Source: a bacterium
GTDB lineage: Bacteria > Patescibacteriota > Minisyncoccia > JACQLN01
DNA length: 64,000 nucleotides
Direction: 5' to 3'
Assembly: GCA_030697795.1 (NCBI GenBank)
Contig: JAUYOV010000006.1
Coordinates: forward strand, 21,722 to 85,721
The translations under genes were made by a program, and so were the position numbers. Of this stretch, positions 1 through 8,969 are shown piece by piece (the first letter of the stretch is position 1; every line of letters begins with the position of its first letter). Below the pieces are notes generated by a model. It was not told the DNA's origin and did not search any database. It saw only the letters and a list, made by a program, of their open reading frames with translations.

Positions 1-2
1 AA

Positions 3-236
3 CGGGTCGCAAACAAAAAAGACCTCGTGGAATTTTCTAGAAAATACAGGCTTGCCATCTGGTTCCCTACCATATTTGGGGTTGATACCGAAATATTAGA
101 AAGCCCATTTGGACCAATTACAAGGGTTTATGAAATAATCGGTCCAGGACAAGTTGAACAGACTGAGCAAAATTTAATTAGGGGACTTCCCCGAGGGTCA
201 TTGATACTTTTCATAGAGGACAAGCAGTTTGAATGA
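3..236 (+). CDS. hypothetical protein, 5'-partial (frame open to window start)
   Basis: Frame of ORF 27..236 has no stop back to position 3. Followed by a hairpin terminator. Confidence 0.35.
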   Translation, partial: RVANKKDLVEFSRKYRLAIWFPTIFGVDTEILESPFGPITRVYEIIGPGQVEQTEQNLIRGLPRGSLILFIEDKQFE

Positions 237-270
237 ATTAAACCTATCATGACGACACAAACCACGGTAG

Positions 271-301
271 CCGGCTGGCTAAAAAACCAGCCGGATTTTT
301 T
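271..301 (+). terminator. rho-independent terminator
   Basis: Stem ccggctgg / ccagccgg with an 8-nt loop, followed by attttttg. Confidence 0.6.
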
Positions 302-379
302 GTGCAATCTATCGAGGTTGAACCTCAATAGAGGGGTTTAAAAAATAAACAAGTCTATCAATTTAATCCACCTTATCTT

Positions 380-943
380 TTGATGATCTTACTTCTAACG
401 GGGTATAATTACTTTATGAGTTCTATCTTAAATTATTTAGTGGATTTATCTCGTAATATAAATTCTAAATTCGATCTATTTTTTTTAGGCGCGCAGAGAA
501 TGGATACTTATTTTATAATTGGTTTTTTGGTGGCTTCGTTTTTAATTTCCATACTTTTAAAAAGGCGCAAGATAATATTGCTGGCGGTAGCGGTGTATAT
601 GGTTACGGCTTTATATCAAGCCTTGCCGTTTGATTGGGCTTTGGCTTATGGCAATAATGTTTATATTTTCTTGGGCGCGGTTTTAACCATATTCTTTTTG
701 CTTTACGCTACCATTGCTAAAGGTATTTATGGGGGAGCGAGCAATGATCACGCTGGTAGGATAAAGATGACTTTGCTTTCGGTTATAACGCTTGGTTTTT
801 TGGTTTCTAGCGCGCTTAACTTTGTGACCGATGTAGATGTCTTAAGTAATATAGCTTTGGTAGATAAACTTTTTTCGGGCGATATTAGCCGAGGCATTTG
901 GGCAGGATTGCCTTTATTAGGATTCTTGCTTTTGAGAAAATAG
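380..943 (+). CDS. hypothetical integral membrane protein
   Basis: Several hydrophobic segments. No recognisable motif. Confidence 0.45.
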   Translation: MMILLLTGYNYFMSSILNYLVDLSRNINSKFDLFFLGAQRMDTYFIIGFLVASFLISILLKRRKIILLAVAVYMVTALYQALPFDWALAYGNNVYIFLGAVLTIFFLLYATIAKGIYGGASNDHAGRIKMTLLSVITLGFLVSSALNFVTDVDVLSNIALVDKLFSGDISRGIWAGLPLLGFLLLRK

Positions 944-1014
944 GTTAGTCACATCAAGGTCAGACCTTTGGTTTGATTTTTTGCCTTATTTTTTGCTATT
1001 ATGCCTTAAGTAAT

Positions 1015-1087
1015 CCGCCCGTAGCTCAGTTGGTAGAGCAGCTCCCTTTTAAGGAGATGGTCGTAGGTTCGACTCCTACCGGGCGGA
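1015..1087 (+). tRNA. tRNA-Lys (anticodon UUU)
   Basis: Cloverleaf read by hand: acceptor ccgcccg/cgggcgg, D-arm gctc..gagc, anticodon loop cuUUUaa, T-arm gtagg-ttcgact-cctac, discriminator a. No encoded CCA. Confidence 0.85.
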
Positions 1088-1228
1088 CAGATTAAGTATT
1101 TAGAAATTAGTAATTAGAAATTAGAAATTTAGTTGATATGTATCTTTTTTATTTCACATTAGCTATAATTTTGGGATTAGTTTGGGCGTATTTTTTTAAT
1201 CTTAAAAAAAGAAAAAAATAATAAAAAA

Positions 1229-2437
1229 ATGAATCGAAAATCTATCAGTTTATTTGTATTTGCCTTAGCGTTGGTGCTTACCGCTTTCTATGGCGGTTTT
1301 TTCTATGGTAAAAGCCAAGTGCCTGCTATTTATTCAATTGAAGGCGTTGGTAACAAGGCCTTAAACCAACCCGATGATATAGACTTTAGTTTGTTTTGGG
1401 ATGCGTGGAAAATTATTCAAGATAAATATGTAGATAGGTCCAGCTTAGATAAAAAGAAAATGGTTTATGGCGCTATAGACGGCATGGTCAAATCGCTTAA
1501 AGACCCGTACACTACTTTTTTTGAACCGGTGGAAGCTAAGCAGTTTAAAGACGATGTTTCGGGTTCGTTTGGTGGCATTGGCGCCGAGATTGGCATTAGA
1601 AAAGAAATTTTAACAGTTATTTCTCCGTTAGAAGATTCTCCAGCTCAAAAAGCTGGTTTAAGGGCGGGCGATAAAATTTTAAAAATTAACGATACTATTA
1701 CGGCCGATATGGGCATAAGCGAAGCGGTGAGTTTAATACGCGGGCCCAAAGGTACTGCGGTTAAATTAACCATAAGCAGAGCGGGTGCTGATGCTGTAAA
1801 AGAAATTAGCATTGTGCGCGACGACATTAAAATTCCTACTGCCAAATGGCAACTTAAAAACGACAAAATTGCCTACATTCAATTATTTAATTTTGGAGAA
1901 ACTGCGCCCTTTGAATTTAGAAAAACAGTGCTGGATGTTTTACGCAGCCCAGCCGATAGAATTGTTTTAGATTTAAGAAATAACCCCGGCGGTTATTTAG
2001 AAGTTTCTCAAGATATTGCTGGTTGGTTTATGGAATCAGATAGTGTTGTCGCCATAGAAGATTTTGGCAATGGCACACCATCCAAAAAATATCTAGCCAA
2101 TGGTAATTCTGTTTTAAAAAATATGCCGATAGTGGTTTTAATGAATGAAGGCTCGGCTTCGGCCTCCGAAATTTTAGCAGGAGCTTTACGCGATAATAAA
2201 AAAGTAAAATTAATAGGCGCTAAAAGTTTTGGTAAAGGTTCGGTGCAACAGTTAGAAAATATGCGCGAAGGCACCAGTTTAAAAGTTACTATTGCCAAGT
2301 GGTTAACGCCTTCGGGAAAATCTATTATGCAGGAGGGTTTAGAACCCGATGTTAAAATTGAATTTACCAAAGATGATATTGATAATTTAAAAGATCCGCA
2401 ATTGGATAAAGCCATAGAAATTATATTAACAAAATGA
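1229..2437 (+). CDS. ctpA: carboxyl-terminal processing protease (S41 family) with PDZ domain
   Basis: N-terminal TM, PDZ-like KAGLRAGDKILKIN, S41 motifs LDLRNNPGG and GSASASEILAGAL, and KSFGKGSVQ. Confidence 0.85.
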   Translation: MNRKSISLFVFALALVLTAFYGGFFYGKSQVPAIYSIEGVGNKALNQPDDIDFSLFWDAWKIIQDKYVDRSSLDKKKMVYGAIDGMVKSLKDPYTTFFEPVEAKQFKDDVSGSFGGIGAEIGIRKEILTVISPLEDSPAQKAGLRAGDKILKINDTITADMGISEAVSLIRGPKGTAVKLTISRAGADAVKEISIVRDDIKIPTAKWQLKNDKIAYIQLFNFGETAPFEFRKTVLDVLRSPADRIVLDLRNNPGGYLEVSQDIAGWFMESDSVVAIEDFGNGTPSKKYLANGNSVLKNMPIVVLMNEGSASASEILAGALRDNKKVKLIGAKSFGKGSVQQLENMREGTSLKVTIAKWLTPSGKSIMQEGLEPDVKIEFTKDDIDNLKDPQLDKAIEIILTK

Positions 2438-2564
2438 CAAATTTCTAATAACTAATTTCCAATCAAATCCCAAGGTCTAATTACAAATGATTAAAAATAT
2501 TTTGACATTAGACATTCAAGCATTTAATATTGATTAGTAATTAGATATTAGGCATTAGATATTT

Positions 2565-3011
2565 ATGAGAGTGGTTTTACTAAAAGACGTACCAAAACTT
2601 GGCAAAAAGTCTGATGTAAAAATGGTTTCGCCGGGGTATGCCAAAAACTTTTTGTTTCCGCGTGGTTTGGCTATGGTTTTGACTTCAGCTGTGGCTATGG
2701 ATTTAGATGTTCAAAGCGAGGCTAAAAAGAAACAAGCCGAGAGGGAGCTTGTTGAGATGGAAAGTATGGCTCAAAAGTTGGAAGGTTTAGAGATTGAAAT
2801 TCCAATGAAGGTTTCTAAAGAAGGCATTGGTTATGCTAGTTTATCGGCTCAAAAAATTGCTGAAACTTTAAGCGGTATTGGTTTTAAAATAACTAAAAGC
2901 CAAATCAAGATTAAAAATCCTATCAAAAAACTGGGCGATCATATGGTTATGGTATCTTTGCCTCACGGTTTAGAATCCGAAGTGAAGATTATAGTTGTAG
3001 AGGAGGAATAA
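2565..3011 (+). CDS. rplI: 50S ribosomal protein L9
   Basis: MRVVLLKDVPKLGKKSDVKMVSPGYAKNFLFPRGLA is the canonical L9 N-terminus. Length 148 aa. Confidence 0.9.
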   Translation: MRVVLLKDVPKLGKKSDVKMVSPGYAKNFLFPRGLAMVLTSAVAMDLDVQSEAKKKQAERELVEMESMAQKLEGLEIEIPMKVSKEGIGYASLSAQKIAETLSGIGFKITKSQIKIKNPIKKLGDHMVMVSLPHGLESEVKIIVVEEE

Positions 3012-3028
3012 GGATAAAAATTAAAAAA

Positions 3029-3055
3029 GGACCGCCCTTCCTGGAAGGGCGGTCC
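3029..3055. terminator. family B palindrome acting as bidirectional terminator between convergent rplI and rpmA
   Basis: ggaccgcccttcc-t-ggaagggcggtcc, flanked by aaaaaa and tttt. Confidence 0.7.
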
Positions 3056-3066
3056 TTTTGTCTTCG

Positions 3067-3339
3067 CTAAATCACACTAACGGTCTTTACTAATTTCTTA
3101 TGCCCAGTAAAATCCATTTTCACTTTAGTGCTAAATTTTACTATGCCATCTTTTCCAGCGTAGAGCGTGTCGTCGCCACCCTTTTTAACATTTTTACCAG
3201 CCCAAACCTTACTGCCTCTTTGTTTAACTATAAGATTACCAGCTTTGGCTATTTGGCCGTCGTGGAGTTTTATACCTAATCTTTTTGATCTAGAATCGCG
3301 ACCTAACGCGGTAGATCCAGTTGCCTTTGTATGTGCCAT
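3067..3339 (-). CDS. rpmA: 50S ribosomal protein L27
   Basis: [24 protein letters not shown]...[11 protein letters not shown]...[13 protein letters not shown] matches the L27 consensus. Confidence 0.9.
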   Translation of the reverse strand: MAHTKATGSTALGRDSRSKRLGIKLHDGQIAKAGNLIVKQRGSKVWAGKNVKKGGDDTLYAGKDGIVKFSTKVKMDFTGHKKLVKTVSVI

Positions 3340-3550
3340 ATTTTTCTAAATTTATTCTAAATTTAGCTAAAAATATGAGCATCCCTCCGAAGCTCTGAAA
3401 GAGCGAAGGGGGACAGCCATATTCATAACTATCTGATTCGCAAAATTTATGCAGGACACTGTCCAAAATCGTCCCAACATTCTAACAAACCTTTCCCTTT
3501 CTCGTCAACAGTCACAAAATTATGCTATAGCATAAAAAGCTGACTATTAT

Positions 3551-3602
3551 ATACCTTTAGTACACCGAGCATACGATCGTATGCTCGGTGTACTAAAGGT
3601 AT
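3551..3602. repeat. family A palindromic element, copy A1 (perfect 52-bp palindrome, core GAGCATACGATCGTATGCTC)
   Basis: atacctttagtacaccGAGCATACGATCGTATGCTCggtgtactaaaggtat. Intergenic. Confidence 0.85.
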
Positions 3603-3773
3603 ACCCCTCGACTTCCCTCAATTTGACTCGGGACAAGGTCGCTCAAGGTAATCCCTCGTCGCTCTGCCCCCTCGGGATATTTTTCGCCCTTATTTTTATA
3701 TTATATTGTTTGCGAAAAACAAAACCCGCAAGGTTTGACCTTGAACGGGTTACCCGGAATACTCCGGAAGTGC

Positions 3774-4058
3774 TTACGCTCTATATCGTTTACTTTCACG
3801 ATAGACATTGCCGAGGGCAGTCATAAATTCCGAGCTACGCAAATTCTCTGCCAGCGCGGCACGCTTCTTTGAAGGAACGTCGCCGAGAAACTCATCAACA
3901 TGGGCGAGGACGTCATGCCTGTCGACTGGTTCACCCCGGTTCGCACGGTCTGCAAACTCCATTAAAACATCCGCTGTGGTCAGAGGGCGACCCAGCCGCT
4001 CTTTGAGATCTACGAGCATCTGTCTAGCCATTGATTCATTACTCTTTTGGTCTGACAT
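3774..4058 (-). CDS. hypothetical protein; local GC about 55% versus about 36% background
   Basis: Strong SD (aaggaggtaacagt-ATG on minus strand). Compositionally foreign. No recognisable domain. Confidence 0.45.
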   Translation of the reverse strand: MSDQKSNESMARQMLVDLKERLGRPLTTADVLMEFADRANRGEPVDRHDVLAHVDEFLGDVPSKKRAALAENLRSSEFMTALGNVYRESKRYRA

Positions 4059-4152
4059 ACTGTTACCTCCTTATTTTGGGGAAAGAACTATATATTTAGT
4101 CTAGAACAAGATTTACAATAAGTAAAGAAAGGTCATATTTTGAATTCAATAA

Positions 4153-4178
4153 CCCTACTTCGCTAAAGCTACGCAGGG
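4153..4178. repeat. family C hairpin element, copy C1 (ccctac-ttcgctaaagctac-gcaggg)
   Basis: Intergenic, downstream of ychF. Same loop sequence as the copies at 15395 and 43866. Confidence 0.7.
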
Positions 4179-4196
4179 CAGGCATTTCCACCTTTT

Positions 4197-5282
4197 TTAG
4201 ACTCTGAATTCAATCACGTCGCCGTCTTTGACGATATATTCCTTACCTTCAATGCGCAATAGGCCTAGATCGCGGGCTTTGGACCATGAGCCGGCTTCTA
4301 GGAGTTTGTCCCAGCGTATTACCTCGGCTCGTATAAAACGCTCTTCAAAGTCGGAATGGATGGCCCTGCCTGCACGAGGGGCTTTGGAATCAATAGGTAT
4401 AGTCCAAGCGCGGGTTTCGTCTTCGCCTGTGGTGAAGTAGGTCATTAAGCCCAAAGTTTCGTAGCTTTTGCGTATAAGCTTTTTTAAGCCAGTTTCTTTA
4501 ATGCCCGCCATTTCTAGTATTTCTTTTTTGTCGGCGTCAGTCGCGTTTGACGCGATTTCCTCAATCCCGATAGCTATGGCTAAATAGGGAATATTTCCAA
4601 GGAGTTTTTTTAAAGCTTCATCTGGTTGCCAGTTTTCTTCAAGTTCCGTTTCCGAAATATTAAATACAACCAGCATTGGTTTGTATGTTAAAATGCCGAT
4701 TTCGTAGGCGATTTTAATTTCGTCAGAATCAAGCTGGTCGTGGAGCAATTTGTTTTCTTCCAACAAATTTTTTATTTTCTGCAAGACATCTCGGCGTTTA
4801 ACTTTAATTTTGTCGCTCCGCCAGCTGGCGGATTTGGCTTCGGATTCAGCTCTGGTTAATGCTTTAGAAACTATGTCTAAATCTTTTAAAATTAATTCTA
4901 AATTTATGATTTCAAAATCCCGCACAGGATCTGGTGTGTTTTCTACATGTATAATATTGTCGTTTTTAAAAACTCTAACTAGGTGCAAAATAGCATCTAC
5001 ATCGCGAATGTTATTTAAAAATTCATTGCCTAAACCTAAGCCCTGCGAAGCGCCTTTTACTAAACCAGCAATATCGGCAAATTCTATTATGGCCGGCACG
5101 GTTTTTTTGGAATGAGAAAATTCGCTTAGTTTTTGTAAGCGTTCGTCTGGTATTGCAACCACGCCGATATTAGGGTCAATAGTTGCAAAAGGATAGTTAG
5201 CTATCACTACTTCCTTTTGGGTTAAGGTTTTAAATAGAGTAGATTTTCCAACGTTGGGTAAACCAACAATACCGATCTTCAT
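4197..5282 (-). CDS. ychF: ribosome-binding ATPase YchF (Obg-like GTPase family)
   Basis: MKIGIVGLPNVGKSTLF G1 motif and C-terminal TGS-like YIVKDGDVIEFRV. Start taken at the MKIGIV Met (5282). The longer ORF to 5339 reads through a GC-rich 5'UTR repeat. Confidence 0.88.
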   Translation of the reverse strand: MKIGIVGLPNVGKSTLFKTLTQKEVVIANYPFATIDPNIGVVAIPDERLQKLSEFSHSKKTVPAIIEFADIAGLVKGASQGLGLGNEFLNNIRDVDAILHLVRVFKNDNIIHVENTPDPVRDFEIINLELILKDLDIVSKALTRAESEAKSASWRSDKIKVKRRDVLQKIKNLLEENKLLHDQLDSDEIKIAYEIGILTYKPMLVVFNISETELEENWQPDEALKKLLGNIPYLAIAIGIEEIASNATDADKKEILEMAGIKETGLKKLIRKSYETLGLMTYFTTGEDETRAWTIPIDSKAPRAGRAIHSDFEERFIRAEVIRWDKLLEAGSWSKARDLGLLRIEGKEYIVKDGDVIEFRV

Positions 5283-5369
5283 GCATGCGAATAGCGCTCG
5301 CTCGTGCTTCGCACTCGCGAAATGCGAATGCGCCCACACGAATCAAATGCTATAATTATTCAAGATAAC

Positions 5370-6791
5370 ATGACTAGCAATATATTTCACGAATACGATA
5401 TTCGAGGGCACTATCCAGCAGAAGTTAACGAAACTATTTTTTATAACTTAGGTAAAGCGTATTACGAAGCTTTTAAACCTAAAAAAATTGCTATTGGGCG
5501 CGATTCAAGATTATCGTCGGACACTTTATTTTTGTATTTAGCTTCGGCGTTACAAAATGGGAAAGTAAAAATTATAGATCTAGGCTGTGTGAGCACACCT
5601 TTTTGTTTGTGGTATTCGCAAAAATATAAAGTGGATGCCTTAATGATAACAGCTTCTCATAATCCTAAAGATGAAAACGGGCTTAAGCTTTTTTCGGCAA
5701 AAAATGGAATAGTAGATAAGCTTAATGGTTTGGGTAAATTAGAAACCAAGTTTAAAGGCATTGGTATAAGCGAAGCTAAAATAGAACACAAAATTGATTC
5801 AAAAAAACATTCGCCCATAGCCGAATATGTTGATTTTATAATTAAAAAATATACTCCTGCTTCGCCCACCCTTCGCACAAGGCTACGGAGTGGCACGGCA
5901 AGGCTTCGCAGGATAAGCAAAATCAAAATCGCGCTAGATCTTTCTAATGGTTCGGCCGGGCAGGAATTTATTTTGGCATTGGAAAAATTAAAAATAGATT
6001 TTGCCACTTTAAACGAAACCCCCAACGGAAAATTTCCCGCGCATAGTCCCAATCCACTTTTAGCCGAAAGCCAAAAAGGCATAAAAATATTGCTTAAGCA
6101 GAGTAAGTTTAGTTTTGGCGCAATTATAGATGGTGATGGCGACAGAATTTTGTTCTTAGATGAACTAGGCGAAGTAGTAGATTCAAGTTATATATTTTCT
6201 TTGTTTATAGAAAATTATCTGCCCTATAAAAAAGCTAAAGCGATTGTAAAAAATATTGCTATTGGGCGGATTGTAGACGAAATTGCCAAGAAAAAAGGCT
6301 TGCAATTAGGCGTGGTGCCGGTGGGCAGAACCAAAATGCAGACGGTTATGAAAAAAATTAAGGCGGAAATGGGTGCAGAAAAATCTGGGCATTATTTTTT
6401 TAAAGATTTATATTATGGCGATAATGCCGTCGCCGCAATACTGGCCATGGTTTTTATTTTAGCTAAAAAGAAAAAATCTTTGTCTAAACTTTTAGAGCCC
6501 TATAAAAATTATATAATTATTCCAGAAATAAACATTCCTTTTGAGGGCAGGGTGGATAAAATTTTAGGCGCCATAAAAGATAAATATAAAAACGAAAACA
6601 TAAGCGAGATTGACGGCTTAACCGTAGAGAATCCAATCCCCGCAAAATCGCAAGGCGATAGCGGGGCAAGCTGGCGGTTTAACCTGCGCCGATCTAACAC
6701 CGAAAGCGTCTGGCGATTGAATCTAGAAGGTAAAAATAGGGAAGAGGTTGATAAGTTGAAAGAGGAGGTAGAGAATATCTTAAAATCTTAA
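5370..6791 (+). CDS. alpha-D-phosphohexomutase (phosphomannomutase/phosphoglucomutase/GlmM-like)
   Basis: Active-site TASHNP, metal loop DGDGDR, C-terminal phosphate loop FNLRRSNTE. Start at MTSNIF. Contains an in-frame GC-rich insertion coding TPASPTLRTRLRSGTARLRRIS (about 5863-5930). Confidence 0.85.
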   Translation: MTSNIFHEYDIRGHYPAEVNETIFYNLGKAYYEAFKPKKIAIGRDSRLSSDTLFLYLASALQNGKVKIIDLGCVSTPFCLWYSQKYKVDALMITASHNPKDENGLKLFSAKNGIVDKLNGLGKLETKFKGIGISEAKIEHKIDSKKHSPIAEYVDFIIKKYTPASPTLRTRLRSGTARLRRISKIKIALDLSNGSAGQEFILALEKLKIDFATLNETPNGKFPAHSPNPLLAESQKGIKILLKQSKFSFGAIIDGDGDRILFLDELGEVVDSSYIFSLFIENYLPYKKAKAIVKNIAIGRIVDEIAKKKGLQLGVVPVGRTKMQTVMKKIKAEMGAEKSGHYFFKDLYYGDNAVAAILAMVFILAKKKKSLSKLLEPYKNYIIIPEINIPFEGRVDKILGAIKDKYKNENISEIDGLTVENPIPAKSQGDSGASWRFNLRRSNTESVWRLNLEGKNREEVDKLKEEVENILKS

Positions 6792-6871
6792 AAATAGCAC
6801 GAGTCAGCGATCGCTGACTCGTGCTAAATGTTCTCCCTTAATACTCCCTTAGTAGTAAATAATAGTAAAAT

Positions 6872-8773
6872 TTATACTTGAATCAATACTGGCAAAATCA
6901 TTGGCCGGCGGTGAGTTTTTTGGAATAAGAATTGGCCCAAGCGTTCTTTTATTTCTTCCTTTATAAGCGCATCGTTAAAGGGGTGTTCGCTGGCCGTAGC
7001 GCCTTCCACAACTTTTCTAATAATCATTCTAGCGTCTAACAACATTTGTTTGTTGTCGCGCAAATAAATAAATCCACGGGAAATAATATCTGGGCTACCA
7101 CGCACTCGGCCACTTTTTGAATCTACCACAGCTACCACCATAAACATGCCATCTTCGGCTAGCATTTGTCTGTCGCGAAGTACTACTGAACCGACATCAC
7201 CAACACCCAAACCGTCTACCATAACCATCTCGGCCGGCACCGATTTTTTATCTACAGAAATTTGATCGGCAGTTACTCTAACCACATTGCCATTTTCTAC
7301 TACAACTATGTTTTCTTCTGGCATACCAAAACGTAGCCCAAGATCTTTCATCGCAAATAACATTGAAAGTTGGCCGTGGACAGGCATTAAGAATTTTGGC
7401 CTAACCAATTCCAACATATACATTAAATCGTCCTGTTGGCCGTGTCCGCCGGCGTGAATATCTAGCATTTTGTAGTTGTAAACTTTTACGCCGTGCCTAA
7501 GTAAATTATCTTTTAAATGCTGAATAGTGCGTTCATTGCCGGGAATAATAGAGGAAGAAAATATAATAGTATCTCCCTTTTTAAGTTCCAGTTGTTTGTG
7601 GCGGTGGGTGGCTAAACGCATCAAAACGGCGTTTTCTTCGCCTTGGCCGCCGGTACCCAAAACAGTAATTTTGCTGTCTGGGTATTTATTGCTTTCGGAA
7701 GCAGAAATTAAAGTACCTTTTTTAGTTTTGATGTAGCCCAAAACTTTAGAAACTTCTACCGCAGCTTTCATGCTAAAGCCTTCCACCACCACTTTACGAT
7801 TATATTTTTCGGAAATAGCAATAATTTGTTGGACGCGGTTAATGGCCGATGCAAACATACCCACAATAATTCGGCCCGGCGCTTCTTTAATTAATTTTTC
7901 TAAGTTGTCTTGAATATCGGATTCAGAAATAGAATGGCCCGGTTCTTCGGCGCCCGTACTGTCGCTCATAACCAAAAGCAAACCATCGTCGCCAATCTTT
8001 TTTAAGCGATCGATCTCGGCGGGTTTATCTATAACAGGATTATGGTCAAATTTAAAATCCGAAGTGCACATTATATTGCCCACTGGAGTTTTAATAAGCA
8101 AAGCCATATCGTCGGGAATACTGTGGTTGATGTGGATAAATTCAACTTCAAACACGCCAATTTTTCTTTTATCACCGCTTCTTATTTCGTCTATCATTAA
8201 CTTGGGCAGTTGTTTAAATTCTTCGTGGCGTTTTATAACCAAACCCTTGGTTAACGGCGCGGCATAGATCATTGGATTCTCTAGGCGTTCTAGCATATAA
8301 GGCAAAGCGCCAATGTGATCAAAGTGGCCGTGTGTAAAAATAAGACCGCTTATTTTATCTGTTTTATCTTCCAAATATTTTATATTAGGAATTAAAAGAT
8401 CTATACCCGGCATATCTTCCTCGGGAAATCTTACGCCAGCATCAATCAGCAAAATATCGCGATCGTCTTTATCGTAATCACGCCATTCTATCACCGTCAT
8501 ATTTCGGCCAACTTCGCCTAAGCCTCCTAACGGGATAATTCTTAAACAGTTTTTCTGCGGAGTTTTTGCCTGTTGTTCTGCGTTTTCTTCGTTGTTTCTT
8601 GGCATGAAGTTTGCCCTTGGGGTTCTTGGCCCACGAAAACTGTCTCCATCTTGGCTTGAGGATGATCTGAAAAATAGTTTACCTGAATTTGATGGTCGGC
8701 CACTGTGCCTGTTACCTTGTCTATTATTTTGTCTGTTACCACTATGTGGTCTGTATGGTTGATTCATAGTCAA
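6872..8773 (-). CDS. rnj: ribonuclease J (metallo-beta-lactamase / beta-CASP)
   Basis: IIPLGGLGEVGRNM and HGHFDHIGALPY. About 75-aa Arg/Asn/Ser-rich disordered N-terminal extension. Confidence 0.85.
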   Translation of the reverse strand: MTMNQPYRPHSGNRQNNRQGNRHSGRPSNSGKLFFRSSSSQDGDSFRGPRTPRANFMPRNNEENAEQQAKTPQKNCLRIIPLGGLGEVGRNMTVIEWRDYDKDDRDILLIDAGVRFPEEDMPGIDLLIPNIKYLEDKTDKISGLIFTHGHFDHIGALPYMLERLENPMIYAAPLTKGLVIKRHEEFKQLPKLMIDEIRSGDKRKIGVFEVEFIHINHSIPDDMALLIKTPVGNIMCTSDFKFDHNPVIDKPAEIDRLKKIGDDGLLLVMSDSTGAEEPGHSISESDIQDNLEKLIKEAPGRIIVGMFASAINRVQQIIAISEKYNRKVVVEGFSMKAAVEVSKVLGYIKTKKGTLISASESNKYPDSKITVLGTGGQGEENAVLMRLATHRHKQLELKKGDTIIFSSSIIPGNERTIQHLKDNLLRHGVKVYNYKMLDIHAGGHGQQDDLMYMLELVRPKFLMPVHGQLSMLFAMKDLGLRFGMPEENIVVVENGNVVRVTADQISVDKKSVPAEMVMVDGLGVGDVGSVVLRDRQMLAEDGMFMVVAVVDSKSGRVRGSPDIISRGFIYLRDNKQMLLDARMIIRKVVEGATASEHPFNDALIKEEIKERLGQFLFQKTHRRPMILPVLIQV

Positions 8774-8876
8774 ATATTAAATTACTAATTTCTAATATCC
8801 AATTTCTAATAAAAACCTAAATGTCTAAATGATTTAATCTTAATTAGACTTTTAAGCATTAGATATTTTATTAGTG

Positions 8877-8960
8877 TGCCCTCGAGAGGATTTGAACCTC
8901 TATGAGCTTGCGCTCGCAGCGACCTGAACGCTGTGTGTCTGCCGATTTCACCACGAGGGC
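8877..8960 (-). tRNA. tRNA-Leu (anticodon CAG), class II with long variable arm
   Basis: Minus-strand reading: acceptor gccctcg/cgagggc, anticodon stem cagcg / loop uuCAGgu, long variable arm, T-arm gaggttcaaatcctc, discriminator a. Confidence 0.8.
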
Positions 8961-8969
8961 TCTCTTCTT

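Noticed and set aside
5283-5339. N-terminal extension of ychF (MWAHSHFASAKHERALFAC) and of the mutase (MLRTREMRMRPHESNAIIIQDN)
   Set aside because: Both read through a GC-rich repeat in the shared intergenic region. Conserved N-termini (MKIGIVGLPNVGKST; MTSNIF..DIRG) begin at internal Met codons.
6640-6700. GC-rich stretch in the phosphohexomutase (..SWRFNLRRSNTES..) as another palindromic insertion
   Set aside because: It encodes the conserved phosphate-binding loop of the enzyme family (FNLRxSNTEP-like), so it is ancestral coding sequence.
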